The notes under the pieces: generated by a model
What the model saw: the letters and a program-made list of their open reading frames with translations, nothing else
Told to the model about the DNA's origin: nothing
Database searches by the model: none
Translations under genes and position numbers: made by a program
Shown: one piece after another, positions 37,624-47,724 of the stretch
Position numbering within the stretch: position 1 is the first letter of the stretch
Layout: each line of letters starts with the position of its first letter
Origin: a virus
DNA length: 64,000 nucleotides
Direction: 5' to 3' (one strand)
UHGV virus genome: UHGV-1376088

Positions 37624-38456
37624 ATTGATTCCGATGTAGAAAAAGAAAGACGCGCTGAAGTATTTGAAATGCTTAAAGATAAGTATGGAGAAGGATTTGC
37701 GCATCTTGGTACACTAACCTATACTGGCGGCAAAAAGGCATTTAAAGATGCTGCACGTATTCATGGTATGGGTTTTGATAAAGCAAATAAGATATCGTCC
37801 ATGATGCCTGAAATTGGATGTCCTCCACTTGACGTATTACTCAAAGAAGACGATGAAATCAAGGCATTGTATGACTCAGACCCCGAAGTAAAAGAGGTCT
37901 GGGACGATGCAATTAAGCTCAGTGACTGTTTATCCAGTCAAGGGGTTCATGCATGTGGAGTTGCATTGTCTGATCGTCCACTATGGGAAGATGTTCCACT
38001 TTGGGATAGCAAAGGCGTTCCTGTTATTCAGTGGGAAGGTAATAAAATTGAAGAAACGTCAAATGTTGTAAAATTAGATGTGCTTGGGTTAAAAACGCTT
38101 ACAGTTCTTAACTTTGCAAGAGAGCTAATTAGAAAGCGTCATGGTATTGACATTGACTGGTATAATTTACCAATGGACAATGAAGCGGCATATAAAGTTC
38201 TTTGGAACGAAAGAAACTATGGCATATTTCAATTTGAAGAAGCTGGTATGTCTGGATTCGTTAATGCTTGTAAGCCTAAAACTATTCATGATATTGCAGT
38301 AATTGTATCAACTTACAGGCCTGGGCCGTTAAACATTCCCGGATTGGTACAACGAATTATAGGAAAGATTTCTGGAGAACTTCCTCCAACGAAATTTAGA
38401 TTTCCTAAGTATGACCACATCTTTAGTAGTGCACATAACGAATTGATTTTTCAGGA
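37624..38456 (+). CDS. dnaE: DnaE exon 2
   Basis: I-D-S-D-V (catalytic Asp pair) E-K-E-R-R-A-E-V-F-E-M-L-K-D-K-Y-G-E-G-F-A-H-L-G-T-L-T-Y aligns with E. coli [33 protein letters not shown]. It ends at I-F-Q-E (E. coli I-L-Y-Q-E-Q). Confidence 0.65.
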
Positions 38457-39534
38457 AGGTTCGAATGGCCTTTGTCAAAGGTAACAAATTACAACAGAAA
38501 TATAGCGATGAGCTTATAAATAAAATAATCGAAGAATATCTTGGTGGCCTTACTGCCGTTGAGCTTGGCAAGAAATATAGTATTAAACCTGGAACCATAA
38601 ATTACCATCTAAGAAAAAGAGGGTTAAGCAGAGGGTCAGGCAAGCCTAGCTCGATAGCAAATAAGGATTACTTTGAAACTATAGATACAGAAGAAAAAGC
38701 ATATTTCCTCGGCTTTCTTATGGCTGATGGATGCATAAGCTCTTCTCATGTAAACTATCATATAAAATTAGTGCTTCAAGAAAAAGATGCAGACGTGATA
38801 AAAGCATTCTTATTAGCTATTGGAAGCAGTAATTCTATTACGAAAGTTATAAAGAATAACCATATTGGCTACTCTGTATCCTTAAGTTGCAAAAAGATGT
38901 TTTACGATTTAGTTAATCATGGGTTTTTGGAGCATAAATCTGGGAATGAAATTATTCCGAATACTATTCCAGATGAGCTTATTCGTCATTTTATTAGAGG
39001 TTATTTTGATGGCGACGGATGTGCATCCAAAGAAGGAAGAATAAGCATCGTAGGCGGAATAAAGATCCTTGAAGATATAGCCAAACACGCGATGATTGAC
39101 GATTATAGTATTTATGAGTTTAAAAATACTTCTGTTGTACGCGATTTGAGATACTCTAAATTAAGAAGCTCCAAATTGTTTTATAATTATCTTTACAAAG
39201 ATGCCAATATCTTTTTATATAGAAAGTGGATTAGACTTTTCAATGTCCACGGCCCTATATAAAAGAGGGACGTTTAAAGTGGAAACACTTTTTATTATGA
39301 CTGGCCAATATCGGTGGAGGGATTTTGCTTTTATCCTAATACCGAGATAACTCCGTATTTAAATGATGCGGAGCATCGTAGAGCATAGAATCTGAAACTC
39401 CAATGGAGAATATAATGATTCCACGAGTGGCCGGCACCTAAGTTGATTTTCAATATGGTGAAAATGTATGCCGAACTATATCGAGAGCAAAAGTAGATAT
39501 AGAGCCAAAGGATAAAAAGCCTTTGGGATAACAA
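38457..39534 (+). mobile_element. group-I-like intron containing a LAGLIDADG homing endonuclease ORF
   Basis: The intervening sequence sits between the exon 2 end and the exon 3 start. The 3' 270 nt (39263..39534) carry the shared intron core. Confidence 0.6.
38465..39262 (+). CDS. LAGLIDADG homing endonuclease (double motif)
   Basis: Two motifs, Y-F-L-G-F-L-M-A-D-G-C-I-S and F-I-R-G-Y-F-D-G-D-G-C-A-S. An N-terminal HTH-like segment is present. Confidence 0.75.
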   Translation: MAFVKGNKLQQKYSDELINKIIEEYLGGLTAVELGKKYSIKPGTINYHLRKRGLSRGSGKPSSIANKDYFETIDTEEKAYFLGFLMADGCISSSHVNYHIKLVLQEKDADVIKAFLLAIGSSNSITKVIKNNHIGYSVSLSCKKMFYDLVNHGFLEHKSGNEIIPNTIPDELIRHFIRGYFDGDGCASKEGRISIVGGIKILEDIAKHAMIDDYSIYEFKNTSVVRDLRYSKLRSSKLFYNYLYKDANIFLYRKWIRLFNVHGPI

Positions 39535-39612
39535 ATTGTCCTCCGTCTATCAAAAGAGATGTGCGGCTTCTCTGATATTAAAGCTGATGTTCTGAGAAAG
39601 GCTGTAGGTAAG
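39535..39612 (+). CDS. dnaE: DnaE exon 3 (micro-exon, about 26 aa)
   Basis: V-L-R-L-S-K-E-M-C-G-F-S-D-I-K-A-D-V-L-R-K-A-V-G-K aligns with E. coli [21 protein letters not shown]. Confidence 0.6.
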
Positions 39613-39852
39613 TTAATTGCCCCTTGTTTTAGTAATAAGACAATGTGCATCGAGCAAAATCGGTGAAGGCTGAGATGCTAATACCGAGGTAAGTTTGCAG
39701 GAACTGTAAACCACCGTAGAGCGTAGAGATTGAAAAGATATAATATCTCCAAGAGTGTTCGACATCCTAATGGGATGAAAATGTACGCCGAACTTATGCA
39801 AATATGAAGCATAAGAACTATCGGATAAAAAGCCGATAGGTTAACATAATTG
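39613..39852 (+). mobile_element. ORF-less group-I-like intron
   Basis: About 240 nt. Shares the aatcggtgaagg...aataccgaggtaagt...gtagagcgtag...atgtacgccgaact...ggataaaaagcc motifs with the other introns. Confidence 0.55.
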
Positions 39853-39984
39853 AAAAAAGATGCAGCCAAACTAGCATCACTCAGAGAAGACTTCATCAAT
39901 GGTGCAGTAGCCAATGGTGAAGATAAAAAAGAAGTAGCGCAATTCTGGGAAGAGCTCCTAGAGTTTGCGAGGTATGCATTTAAC
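39853..39984 (+). CDS. dnaE: DnaE exon 4 (about 44 aa)
   Basis: K-K-D-A-A-K-L-A-S-L-R-E-D-F-I-N-G-A-V-A-N-G-E-D-K-K-E-V-A-Q-F-W-E-E-L-L-E-F-A-R-Y-A-F-N aligns with E. coli K-K-P-E-E-M-A-K-Q-R-S-V-F-A-E-G-A-E-K-N-G-I through V-E-K-F-A-G-Y-G-F-N. The ORF-track TTG start is an artefact. Confidence 0.6.
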
Positions 39985-40263
39985 GCTTTGATTTATAAGA
40001 GAAAATCTGAGGCGTCTAGTATAGCAATATATTAGATTATCAGTGGGCAAAATCGGTGAAAGGATTTACCTTGTATTCCCAATACCGAGATAAGTTTAAG
40101 GTTAACATCTTAAACTATTGTAGAGCATAGGCGGTGAAACTCGTTAGAGAATATAATCCGCCCAAGAGTGTCCGCCTTCCCTATGGGAAGAAAATATATG
40201 CCGAACTATGGAGAGTGTAAAGTATCCATAGAACTAGAGGATAAAAAACCTCTAGGATAACAA
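39985..40263 (+). mobile_element. ORF-less group-I-like intron
   Basis: About 280 nt. Same core motifs, and the same ...ggataacaaTTG 3' end as the intron before exon 3. Confidence 0.55.
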
Positions 40264-41541
40264 TTGTCGCATGCGTACTCCTATGGTCATCTAACCTACT
40301 ATACTGCATGGCTTAAAGCCAATTATCCGGAAGAGTTTTATTGTTCTATTATTACTTGTGAAACTGATCCTCCAATGAAGAAGACTTATATGGAGGATGC
40401 TGTATCTAAGGGTATTAATATCTTGCCGCCGGATTTAAATGAATCTGTAGGTACTTTTGGTCTTAACCGTAATAATGATATCATTTACGGTTTGTCCGGC
40501 ATTCGTGGTATTGGTGATGGCGCCGTTAGCAAATTAATTGAACTTAGACCTTATAGTAGCTTTGGCGATTTTCTTCTTAGAACTTATCTTTTAACTACTA
40601 ATATTAATAAGAAGGTTTGTGATAGTTTAATTCTTTCCGGCGCGGTTGATTCTTTTGGATATAAACGAAGTGTTTTGATTCGCTCGTATTCGAAATTTAT
40701 TCTTGATTTTGACCCTAGAGGAACACTAAAAAAAGAATGCAGGGCAGCAAAAGGTTTAACGCCCGAAGCTGAAGAGAGAATTAAAGAGTTCTGCAAAATG
40801 GAACACAAATATTTTGTTGACCCATTGTTTAAAGAATTCACACTTCTTGAAATCTTAGAGGCAGAAAAAGAGCTTATTGGTGTGTATATCTCTGGAAACC
40901 CTATGGATGTTATAGCCAAAGATGTTAAAGAGATGCACCATGATTCTGTTTTTATTGAGAATCAAGTTGCCGAAACTGGCGTTTATCATGGTTCAACTAT
41001 ATGTCAGGTTTCTAAGGTTAGAGCTATCACAACTAAAACCGGTAAACCTATGGCTTTTATTGAGGCTAAAGATATAAATGGTAGAGATTATGGTTTTACG
41101 GCGTTTTCAAATGTCTATGAACATAATAAAGATCTATTTGTGGTAGGAAAATATTTACAATGTTTTATCACTGCCAAGCCTAGCTATAGGGGTACCGGTA
41201 TTGACTGTGTTATCAATTCTGTCTTAGATTTAACAGCCGATAATTCTGGATCGAATGAAGAGGCTGCATCAGTCTTTGAGGAAATTACCATCAATTTAAC
41301 TGGAATTCCTTCTCCGATTAAATTTAGAACTATCCTTAATAAAATTAGGGATAATAAGTCTGATGATGACAACAATACAAAAGTGTTTATAACCATGACT
41401 GATTTTGAACCAGAAGTTAGCCCTGGCGTCAAAATTAATAAAACAACTATACGGTTTGGTCCATTCTATATCAAGACTGCGGATATTGACGTTGTTAGAG
41501 ATTTTAATGGACTTAGAGATGTAACAATCTCTACAAGATAA
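40264..41541 (+). CDS. dnaE: DnaE exon 5 (C-terminal region)
   Basis: S-H-A-Y-S-Y-G-H-L-T-Y-Y-T-A-W-L-K-A-N-Y-P-E-E-F aligns with E. coli [24 protein letters not shown]. The G-I-N-I-L-P-P-D-L-N and G-L-S-G-I-R-G-I-G segments also match. Confidence 0.7.
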   Translation: MSHAYSYGHLTYYTAWLKANYPEEFYCSIITCETDPPMKKTYMEDAVSKGINILPPDLNESVGTFGLNRNNDIIYGLSGIRGIGDGAVSKLIELRPYSSFGDFLLRTYLLTTNINKKVCDSLILSGAVDSFGYKRSVLIRSYSKFILDFDPRGTLKKECRAAKGLTPEAEERIKEFCKMEHKYFVDPLFKEFTLLEILEAEKELIGVYISGNPMDVIAKDVKEMHHDSVFIENQVAETGVYHGSTICQVSKVRAITTKTGKPMAFIEAKDINGRDYGFTAFSNVYEHNKDLFVVGKYLQCFITAKPSYRGTGIDCVINSVLDLTADNSGSNEEAASVFEEITINLTGIPSPIKFRTILNKIRDNKSDDDNNTKVFITMTDFEPEVSPGVKINKTTIRFGPFYIKTADIDVVRDFNGLRDVTISTR

Positions 41542-41544
41542 TAT

Positions 41545-41577
41545 GTCGGGTCGGAAACGGCCCGGCTATTTTTATTT
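41545..41577 (+). terminator. rho-independent terminator after dnaE
   Basis: gtcggg...cccggc GC stem followed by tatttttattt. Confidence 0.5.
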
Positions 41578-41599
41578 ATAATAATAACGGAAAAAGAAA

Positions 41600-41962
41600 A
41601 TGTCTGAACACCCACTTTCTTCTGTCACAAAATTCCATATTGCAAATTGTTTACGAGTTGTAACTAATGAACAGCCCGGTCGGTTTATGACTGACAGGCT
41701 TCATGTAAAAATTAATCTTTATTTTAACAATACAGATGGTATTCGAAATGGATTTTTAAGACTGGTTGCAGAAGAACCTGCTGCAAATACTGTACATAAT
41801 ATTACTTATTGCTTTAAAGAACGCCATGTTAAGGAGAGCGTCTTAAAAGAGGGTGAGTTTAAATTAACACCAGACGCAATTGAATTGGTCGCCAATAAAT
41901 GGTTTTACGAATTTCAGGAAGCGGCCCGGAGAGCAAATAATGATAAAACAATTCTTCATTGA
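41600..41962 (+). CDS. hypothetical protein
   Basis: 120 aa. Confidence 0.3.
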   Translation: MSEHPLSSVTKFHIANCLRVVTNEQPGRFMTDRLHVKINLYFNNTDGIRNGFLRLVAEEPAANTVHNITYCFKERHVKESVLKEGEFKLTPDAIELVANKWFYEFQEAARRANNDKTILH

Positions 41963-42344
41963 TAGTCTTGAAAATATTAATATAAAGACGACCTTTTTCC
42001 CTGAAGATAAAGTGGATTTTAACGGCATTCCTCTTGACGGAGATGCTATTCCGGCAAAGGGAGTAAATCTCCATGTCTCTATTAAAAAGTCTATTCTTCT
42101 AGCATGTATTAATGCTATGGCAAATAATAAAAATGCTATCTATGAGTTAACACCTTATGCTGATGTTTCTCTTAGTGAAATAGGTGAACCAATAGGCGTA
42201 ATGATCCGTAGAGATGAAGACATGATGATTCGTCTTTATTATAAATGTCGGATCGAAGAGGATGGTATTGCGTATGAACACTTTTTCGATATGCGTCCAT
42301 ATATGCCAATGGACCTAATTCATTTTATTACTGAGTTTAAATAA
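41940..42344 (+). CDS. hypothetical protein
   Basis: Internal Met of ORF 41880..42344. Overlaps the upstream gene end. Confidence 0.3.
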   Translation: MIKQFFIDSLENINIKTTFFPEDKVDFNGIPLDGDAIPAKGVNLHVSIKKSILLACINAMANNKNAIYELTPYADVSLSEIGEPIGVMIRRDEDMMIRLYYKCRIEEDGIAYEHFFDMRPYMPMDLIHFITEFK

Positions 42345-43282
42345 TGAAATTTTTTAAAAGAATCGAAGATAATATACTGGCGCCTCCACCATTAAAGGGC
42401 AGTAGGTTAAAAACGCTTTATCCATCGTCTGCTTCATGTCGTGATATTGATGATCCAACTAAAATTCATGGCGGCTGTTTAAGAGCAACGTGGTACAGAT
42501 TGGCCGGATATTCGGAATCTGACCCGTCTGGAGCGTATAGTCAATACATCTTCGCCGCAGGTAAAATGTGGGAGGAATGGATTATTGAGCAATGTAAGCT
42601 CGGTGGATTCTTTTTGATGAATAATCTAAAATTCTCCATCCCAGAATATTATCTATCCGGCGAAATAGATATTGCCATTAAGGATCCAGATACCGGTGAG
42701 GTTATTATTGTAGAGTCTAAAACTTATAGCTCTGCTAATTATAGCGCTAAGGCCGAATATGCCGGCATTGGTGGAAGAGTTCCTATGCCTAAGCATCAAA
42801 ATGTAATGCAGGCTGCTTTGTATTTGCATTACTTTAGTGCACCGGAAAGGGGCGGTATCAATAGAGTTCTATTAACCTATTTTGATAGAGCCTGTGGCGG
42901 ACCTGAAAACAATAGGGAATTCTGGGTAACCTTAAGACCAGATGGCGGTAAAACATATATCCATATCGACACTGAAGATATCAAAGGTGTTCATCACTCC
43001 TATGATATGCCTGGAATTACACTAGAGGGTGTATTTGAACGATATGAAGAGCAGATTAATTCAGCTCGTGATTATAAAGATATGCCACCACCGCCCGACT
43101 ATGAGCATGTTTATTCTAAAGAGAAGGTAATTAAGCTTTGGAATGAAGGCGAAATAGCAAAAACTAAATATGAGAAATGGACGAAAAATCCAAATGCCAA
43201 TCCTATCGGTGATTGGCAATGTGCATATTGCAACTATAAGACTATTTGTAAACAACAAAAAGAAGAACAAGGATATACATAA
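42344..43282 (+). CDS. PD-(D/E)XK nuclease with C-terminal Cys cluster (Cas4/RecB-like)
   Basis: G-E-I-D-I-A-I-K-D then V-I-I-V-E-S-K-T gives the D...E-x-K core. C-terminal W-Q-C-A-Y-C-N-Y-K-T-I-C plus an N-terminal Cys suggest an Fe-S cluster. Confidence 0.45.
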   Translation: MKFFKRIEDNILAPPPLKGSRLKTLYPSSASCRDIDDPTKIHGGCLRATWYRLAGYSESDPSGAYSQYIFAAGKMWEEWIIEQCKLGGFFLMNNLKFSIPEYYLSGEIDIAIKDPDTGEVIIVESKTYSSANYSAKAEYAGIGGRVPMPKHQNVMQAALYLHYFSAPERGGINRVLLTYFDRACGGPENNREFWVTLRPDGGKTYIHIDTEDIKGVHHSYDMPGITLEGVFERYEEQINSARDYKDMPPPPDYEHVYSKEKVIKLWNEGEIAKTKYEKWTKNPNANPIGDWQCAYCNYKTICKQQKEEQGYT

Positions 43283-43677
43283 TGTCTGAACAACAAACAC
43301 AAGAAGTACCACAAATCGAAGTTAAAGATTTTTCTGAAGCATCTAAGCGCTTCACAGAAGTTTATTTTGCACTTGGAGCTTTCCAAAGTACTCTTGGTCG
43401 CGCGAGCCAAGCATTCGCAGAACAAGATGGGAAGTGGATGTCCAATTTCTTAATTTGCGAAGCAATCCTATCTATTCTTGAAGGCAAGAAATTGATTACA
43501 CGCGAGGAATTTGAAGAAGAAATGACTCGCCTTGGACAAGAATTAAAAGCACATCGTGATCGTCTTGAACAAGAAGCTGAGCAATCGGCTGCAGAGGCCG
43601 CAGAAAAACTTGCAGATTCCGCTGAAGCTGCAGTAAAAGCAGCAGAAGAAAAAGTGGCGAAGAAAAAAGCTAAATAA
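43282..43677 (+). CDS. hypothetical acidic coiled-coil protein
   Basis: 131 aa. E/A-rich C-terminus. Confidence 0.3.
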   Translation: MSEQQTQEVPQIEVKDFSEASKRFTEVYFALGAFQSTLGRASQAFAEQDGKWMSNFLICEAILSILEGKKLITREEFEEEMTRLGQELKAHRDRLEQEAEQSAAEAAEKLADSAEAAVKAAEEKVAKKKAK

Positions 43678-43698
43678 TAATAATTATAAAGGCGAGAT

Positions 43699-46224
43699 AT
43701 GTCTTACAGAAAAATAAGTGATTTTGAAAGTCAGCTTGACAGTATTCGAATGTTCTTACCTGCGTATTTACATGAGCATGGCCTTAATGTTGAAAACGGT
43801 AAGAAGATTTGTTGTCTAAATCCTGATCATAATGATCATCATCCTTCTATGTCAATGTTTATGGCAGAACAGGGTTATCCTCTAGTGAAATGCATGAGCT
43901 GTGGCTCAACTATGGATATATTCAATGCGGCACATGTACTAGAAGACAAACCTATGTCTGGTCCGGGATTTGTTGACAACACTGTTGCATATCTTGCTGA
44001 CAAATACGGTATTGAGCTTGTATATAGAAAATTATCTGAAGATGAAATATATGAGCTAAATATGTATCAGGCCTATGAGGCCACTTCAAATTATATTGTC
44101 TCTCAAACCGATTTAAATGATAAGCAGTTAGGAGAGATGGAGAAGCGTGGATTCAGTCGTGAATTCATGAAAAAGTATCGAATCGGCGTATGTAATGATG
44201 TCGTGGATTTAAGAAAATACCTAAATAATCTTGGATTTAAAAATACATTTATTGATGAAATTGATTTATGTAATCCAATGCTATTTAATCCTTCTAATTT
44301 TATTTATACCATTTGTGATGAATTTGGAAGACCGGTCGGCTTTCAGGCACGAAATCTTAATTATGATGGAGTGGTGAATGAAGACGGTAAGCTTATCAAT
44401 GGTCCTAAATTTATCGGGACTAAAAATGGTGTAAAGAAAAACATCTACAAGAAGAATGAAAGACTTTATCTATTGGATAAAGCGAAAAAGACAACTGATT
44501 CTATTTTCGTAGTAGAAGGTAATTCCGATGCATTAAGTTTGCATAACCATGGAATGACAAATGCCGTAGGTATTTGTGGGTTAGATTTTTCTGAAGCACA
44601 CTTAAATACATTGCGCCGTAATGGGTTGTATAATGTTACTATATGCTTAGACAATGATGAGGCTGGTAGACAAAAAGCAATAGACATGCTTGACAAGGTT
44701 GTCGCCAAAACTCATGATATAAAATTTTCATTTGTATTTCTACCTGATGAATATGTAGATGGCGTTAGGGTTAAAATAGACCCTGATGAATTTGTCCGCA
44801 AGTATGGAATCGAGAAGTTTAAAGAGATTCCAAGGGTTTCATCTTTCTCGTGGAGACTGTCCTTATTTGAAGATGAGGATATGGATCCTGCAGATATCTG
44901 TGAAAAAATGGTTCCAATTATAACTAGTGAACCTAGTTCTATTAGAAGAGAAAAGATGATTTCCGAATTGTCTATATTCACTGGTTACAGCGATAGGGTC
45001 ATTCGCGATGAGGTGAATAAATCCGAAAGAGAAAAAACTCGCAGAAGCGAAGACTCTAAAAGGGCAATTGTAGACAAGCTGATCAAAGATTTGAGTAATG
45101 ACTCGGGGAATCAATCTGAACTTTTACTCAGTGAAGCACTGTCTAATATAGGACAGATTAACCAAATGAATAGCACAGATATTATGGACACATCTGCTCG
45201 TGTTAATAATATTTTAGGAATCAAGGAATACCAAGAAGATCCGTCCAGTGGTAAATATACAGATTGGGGCGGGGATATGCCAATACTGTCTGCAACTACA
45301 GATGGCGATATTCAAGAGAAGGTTGTTTTCATTGGTGGTTCCTCTAACTCCGGTAAAACCTCATGGCAAGTTAATTTGTCTTGGCGCATAGTAGAAAATA
45401 ATCCACATGCAATGGTAATCTTTCTTTCTATTGATGATAGTGCAAAAGAGTTATTGCCAAGATTTATTTCTTATGATGCAGCAAAAAGAGCAAAAGACAA
45501 TGGCAATATGGATATTTTTAATGCTATTAATATTAATAAGTTCGCGAAACCAGAGCTTTATAAAGGTAGCAGAGAATACCCTATGATCTTAGAAGAGCGG
45601 GAGGTGTTTTTCCGTAAATTCTTAAGTTATGCCAGAGAAGATAGATTCATTATTTATGATAGTGTTGATGGCCGTTCCTTAGCCTTTATTAGGACATTAA
45701 TGTCTAATTATAGAGATAAGTATCCCGGTAGACATATCTATTTCTTTATAGACAATTTCCATTTGATTCAAGTCCCAACTGAAAAATCTGGACGAGAAAA
45801 ATTCCAACATATTTCACATGAATTAAAAGCATATTCTGTGGAGTTTGGGCTTACTGTTGTTTCTACTGTAGAATATACAAAAATGCCAGCAGATGTTCGT
45901 CCACACAATAATAACATTGCTGAGTCCAACAGCCTTGTGTATGATAGCAACTTGATTATGCATGGTTGGAATGAGCTACACGGCTTGCGAGAAAAAGCGG
46001 TAGCTTATCATATCGACTATAGCGAAGAGGATGAGGTTCATCGTAAGAAACCTCTTGTTATTTGGAGCATCGGTAAGAATAAGGTTGCATCTTTTAAAGG
46101 TGACATTCCAACTAGATTCTGGCCGGAGAAAGCTTATTTTGAAGAAATGGCGCCGCGTGAATTCGAGGCTTTAATTGCGCAAAATACAGCTATTGCTCAA
46201 GACGGTTTTAATCAAAATGTTTAA
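43699..46224 (+). CDS. DNA primase-helicase (T7 gp4-like)
   Basis: Zinc finger C-C-L-N-P-D-H-N-D-H-H-P-S through C-M-S-C-G. TOPRIM segments V-V-E-G-N-S-D-A-L-S-L and I-C-L-D-N-D-E-A-G-R. C-terminal Walker A G-G-S-S-N-S-G-K-T-S-W and a DnaB-like helicase region. Confidence 0.8.
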   Translation: MSYRKISDFESQLDSIRMFLPAYLHEHGLNVENGKKICCLNPDHNDHHPSMSMFMAEQGYPLVKCMSCGSTMDIFNAAHVLEDKPMSGPGFVDNTVAYLADKYGIELVYRKLSEDEIYELNMYQAYEATSNYIVSQTDLNDKQLGEMEKRGFSREFMKKYRIGVCNDVVDLRKYLNNLGFKNTFIDEIDLCNPMLFNPSNFIYTICDEFGRPVGFQARNLNYDGVVNEDGKLINGPKFIGTKNGVKKNIYKKNERLYLLDKAKKTTDSIFVVEGNSDALSLHNHGMTNAVGICGLDFSEAHLNTLRRNGLYNVTICLDNDEAGRQKAIDMLDKVVAKTHDIKFSFVFLPDEYVDGVRVKIDPDEFVRKYGIEKFKEIPRVSSFSWRLSLFEDEDMDPADICEKMVPIITSEPSSIRREKMISELSIFTGYSDRVIRDEVNKSEREKTRRSEDSKRAIVDKLIKDLSNDSGNQSELLLSEALSNIGQINQMNSTDIMDTSARVNNILGIKEYQEDPSSGKYTDWGGDMPILSATTDGDIQEKVVFIGGSSNSGKTSWQVNLSWRIVENNPHAMVIFLSIDDSAKELLPRFISYDAAKRAKDNGNMDIFNAININKFAKPELYKGSREYPMILEEREVFFRKFLSYAREDRFIIYDSVDGRSLAFIRTLMSNYRDKYPGRHIYFFIDNFHLIQVPTEKSGREKFQHISHELKAYSVEFGLTVVSTVEYTKMPADVRPHNNNIAESNSLVYDSNLIMHGWNELHGLREKAVAYHIDYSEEDEVHRKKPLVIWSIGKNKVASFKGDIPTRFWPEKAYFEEMAPREFEALIAQNTAIAQDGFNQNV

Positions 46225-47086
46225 TAATGAAATAGAGGAACTGGTTTTAACTGAGAGGGTAGAGATACCCTCTTGGGATAAAAGGACTAGGGCTGATGCT
46301 CCTTATATGGAGCTCAATGCAAATATGTTTAAATTGTATACTCAGTGTAGGTATAAGATTAATGCTCCCGACACTATTTATCGTAATTTAAACCAAATAA
46401 TTTGCTTTGAGGGATTGTCATCAGAAGATGAAAACCTTGGAATAAAAGAGCGTGCATCTTTAGCTTTATATGAAGCTATTAAGATCTATATGTCAGACTT
46501 AAATGGGCCTAGCAATGCGCCTATTCTTTACTTTGAACGTAAGATTAAGAAAATACTTACCAATGAGGATGAGAATATAGAGTCTTATAAGGCGTCTTTG
46601 CGCAGGTTCCTCACCGAAATTTTAGATAGAATTTCTGATAGGGTCTATAATTCCAAAGGGGCAATCAATGATGAACTTATATTCTGGTCTTATGGCAGAA
46701 AGCCGCGAAAAACATTTCATACATTTATAGATCTTATCCTGTTGATGGAAGATGGGATTGAAGTATTTCTATTGACCCCTTTCCATCAGGATAATAATCC
46801 TATGTATGCTTATAATAATTCAAGAGCCATGGCTGTAATTAAGCATATAGAAGATATGGGTATTAAGGTTAAAACCATACATGAAATTAGAGTTCCATTT
46901 GGTTGGACTCCCAATTCAAATACTGGTGTAACCAAAAGGCCCGATTTTTCAAACAATCCCTTGAAAAATATTGCTATTAAATTTATGAATTCTGATTCTA
47001 CTTCCGGAGGAAATCCCGGGAAATGCTCTGCTTGCCTTAATCATAGCCATTGTGGGATACAAAAAATGATACCTGATAATTTCTAA
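46217..47086 (+). CDS. hypothetical protein
   Basis: Start at an internal Met overlapping the primase stop (ORF-track 46175..47086). Confidence 0.3.
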   Translation: MFNNEIEELVLTERVEIPSWDKRTRADAPYMELNANMFKLYTQCRYKINAPDTIYRNLNQIICFEGLSSEDENLGIKERASLALYEAIKIYMSDLNGPSNAPILYFERKIKKILTNEDENIESYKASLRRFLTEILDRISDRVYNSKGAINDELIFWSYGRKPRKTFHTFIDLILLMEDGIEVFLLTPFHQDNNPMYAYNNSRAMAVIKHIEDMGIKVKTIHEIRVPFGWTPNSNTGVTKRPDFSNNPLKNIAIKFMNSDSTSGGNPGKCSACLNHSHCGIQKMIPDNF

Positions 47087-47096
47087 GGATTAAGAT

Positions 47097-47435
47097 ATGA
47101 CAGTTCGGCCCACCAAAAATAAAAAGAGAAAAGTTAAACTTGCTTTGGATGAAAAAGATTTTTCATTTGCACACTTAAAGTTAATCGGAGTTGGATTTAC
47201 CGCAGGAATTTTTCCAATGGTACTAATGAAGGTTGGCGGAGAGATTGCATTTATTCCATGGCCACTAATACTAATGGCCCCGGTTATGTTCATATTGGGG
47301 ATTTTAGCACTAGTAACTTTTCTCCTTCTTGTTGAACAGACATATATACTGATTAGATGTAAAGTAAAAAAAGATTGTTCAGAAAAGGATTCAGATGAAG
47401 ATTGTACACATGGCCCCGGAGAGGATGGGGTTTAA
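47097..47435 (+). CDS. membrane protein
   Basis: 112 aa with two TM helices. Confidence 0.3.
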   Translation: MTVRPTKNKKRKVKLALDEKDFSFAHLKLIGVGFTAGIFPMVLMKVGGEIAFIPWPLILMAPVMFILGILALVTFLLLVEQTYILIRCKVKKDCSEKDSDEDCTHGPGEDGV

Positions 47436-47724
47436 TGTAGAAGGTAGTCTTGATCATCAAGTCGTTGTAGCTGTTCTCGAAGACGATGGGATCGAAGTCG
47501 CTTTAATCGTAGATAAAGTGTATAACGCCTGCTATATTAATGAGCTAATAGATAAAAATGCTATTTGGAAATTTTCTGTCCATAATTTTAAACGAGTCGA
47601 CGACGACAAAGCCTTTGAGGCTTACCGAAAATTCTTTTATGATAACGGACTTGGAAGTATTCTCGATGGAATTGCAAATAGTCAATTAAACTCAATTCAG
47701 GGCATTGGCTATGTCAATGGATAA
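47395..47724 (+). CDS. hypothetical protein
   Basis: 109 aa. Confidence 0.25.
   Translation: MKIVHMAPERMGFNVEGSLDHQVVVAVLEDDGIEVALIVDKVYNACYINELIDKNAIWKFSVHNFKRVDDDKAFEAYRKFFYDNGLGSILDGIANSQLNSIQGIGYVNG

Noticed and set aside
39850-40035. 61-aa ORF with a TTG start (and similarly the TTG start at 40264)
   Set aside because: These are an internal exon (exon 4) and the start of exon 5 of dnaE, not independent genes. The TTG 'start' is a track artefact.
28589-41541. Interpreting the DnaE pieces as separate polymerase subunit genes, or as pseudogene fragments
   Set aside because: The homology is collinear and gap-free across all five pieces. The 26- and 44-aa segments cannot be genes, and every gap ends with the same conserved intron-like 3' sequence. 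Splicing is the more economical explanation. It still needs cDNA confirmation.
1174-45950. Numerous antisense or overlapping 60-110 aa ORFs from the track, lying inside confidently called genes (examples at 1174..1359, 10319..10717, 19007..19240, 44466..44708 and 59438..60421)
   Set aside because: They fall entirely within longer ORFs with recognisable domains on the opposite strand or in another frame. They lack RBSs and have low-complexity or odd composition, and are judged spurious.
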